NCBI GenBank assembly: GCA_965235115.1
Contig: OZ249448.1
Coordinates: forward strand, 682,001 to 746,000
From: Laetmonice hystrix
Lineage: Eukaryota
Direction: 5' to 3'
Length of the DNA: 64,000 nt
Shown: in pieces, positions 63,670 to 64,000 of the stretch
Layout: each line of letters opens with the position of its first letter
Position numbering within the stretch: position 1 is the first letter of the stretch
The notes under the pieces: model-generated
Database searches by the model: none
The model's input: only the letters and a program-made list of their open reading frames with translations
What the model was told of the DNA's origin: nothing
Position numbers and translations under genes: made by a program

Positions 63670-64000
63670 TGGGTGTCTCAGGGTAACTACAAAAAATTCC
63701 CTGTATTTTCCCTGTGTTTTCCCTGTCCCACAATATATTTTCCCTAGCTTGTGCACTCCACAATGGGGGCCACTTATGAGCGATTGTGCACTCAATCAAA
63801 TCCCTCTTCTTTCCCCTTCAAATAAACCTCAATATTCAACAATGCTACCTTTTCACCAAATTTTGTTCTTTTGCCTAATTTTTATCCTTGGCTGTCAATC
63901 CCCCCCCCCCCCAAGTTTTCCCTGTGTTTTGCAGATTTTTCCAAATTCCCTGTGTTTTAACGGCAGGGATTTTTAAAAAATCATTTTTCCTGTTTTCCCT
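63670..64000. mobile_element. Probable non-autonomous DNA-transposon fragment (TTCCCTGT subterminal-type repeats)
   Basis: Clustered TTCCCTGT(G/A)TTT motifs at about 63700-63727 and 63918-64000; termini not resolved, window ends. Confidence 0.35.

Noticed and set aside
63252-63976. Plus-strand ORFs overlapping the flotillin exon and adjacent intron
   Set aside because: Antisense shadow of FLOT2 and low-complexity repeat sequence.

Overview
Intron-rich, AT-rich animal genomic DNA (invertebrate-like; species not determinable). I rebuilt five spliced genes by hand from GT-AG junctions and frame continuity. (1) 1-29.2 kb, + strand, 5'-incomplete: a giant PAN/Apple-domain protein built from a 12-unit, ~2-kb tandem array. 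Each unit is a 15-nt micro-exon plus two PAN exons, all phase 1, in two sequence subfamilies; four divergent terminal domains follow (27 complete six-Cys domains plus one degenerate, >=2,430 aa in the window). (2) 31.1-36.5 kb, - strand: a single-pass membrane protein with a very Cys-rich tail and two paralogous alternative terminal exons, mostly missed by the ORF track. (3) PXMP2 (Mpv17/PMP22 family), head-to-head with gene 2. (4) FKBP6/shutdown on the - strand, with an extra C-terminal R3H-like segment. (5) Flotillin-2 on the - strand, 5'-incomplete, one intron of which holds 21 extra tandem copies of its own 5' splice site. Several MITEs and four further minisatellites are also present. No prokaryotic features, CRISPR arrays, rRNA or tRNA genes were seen.
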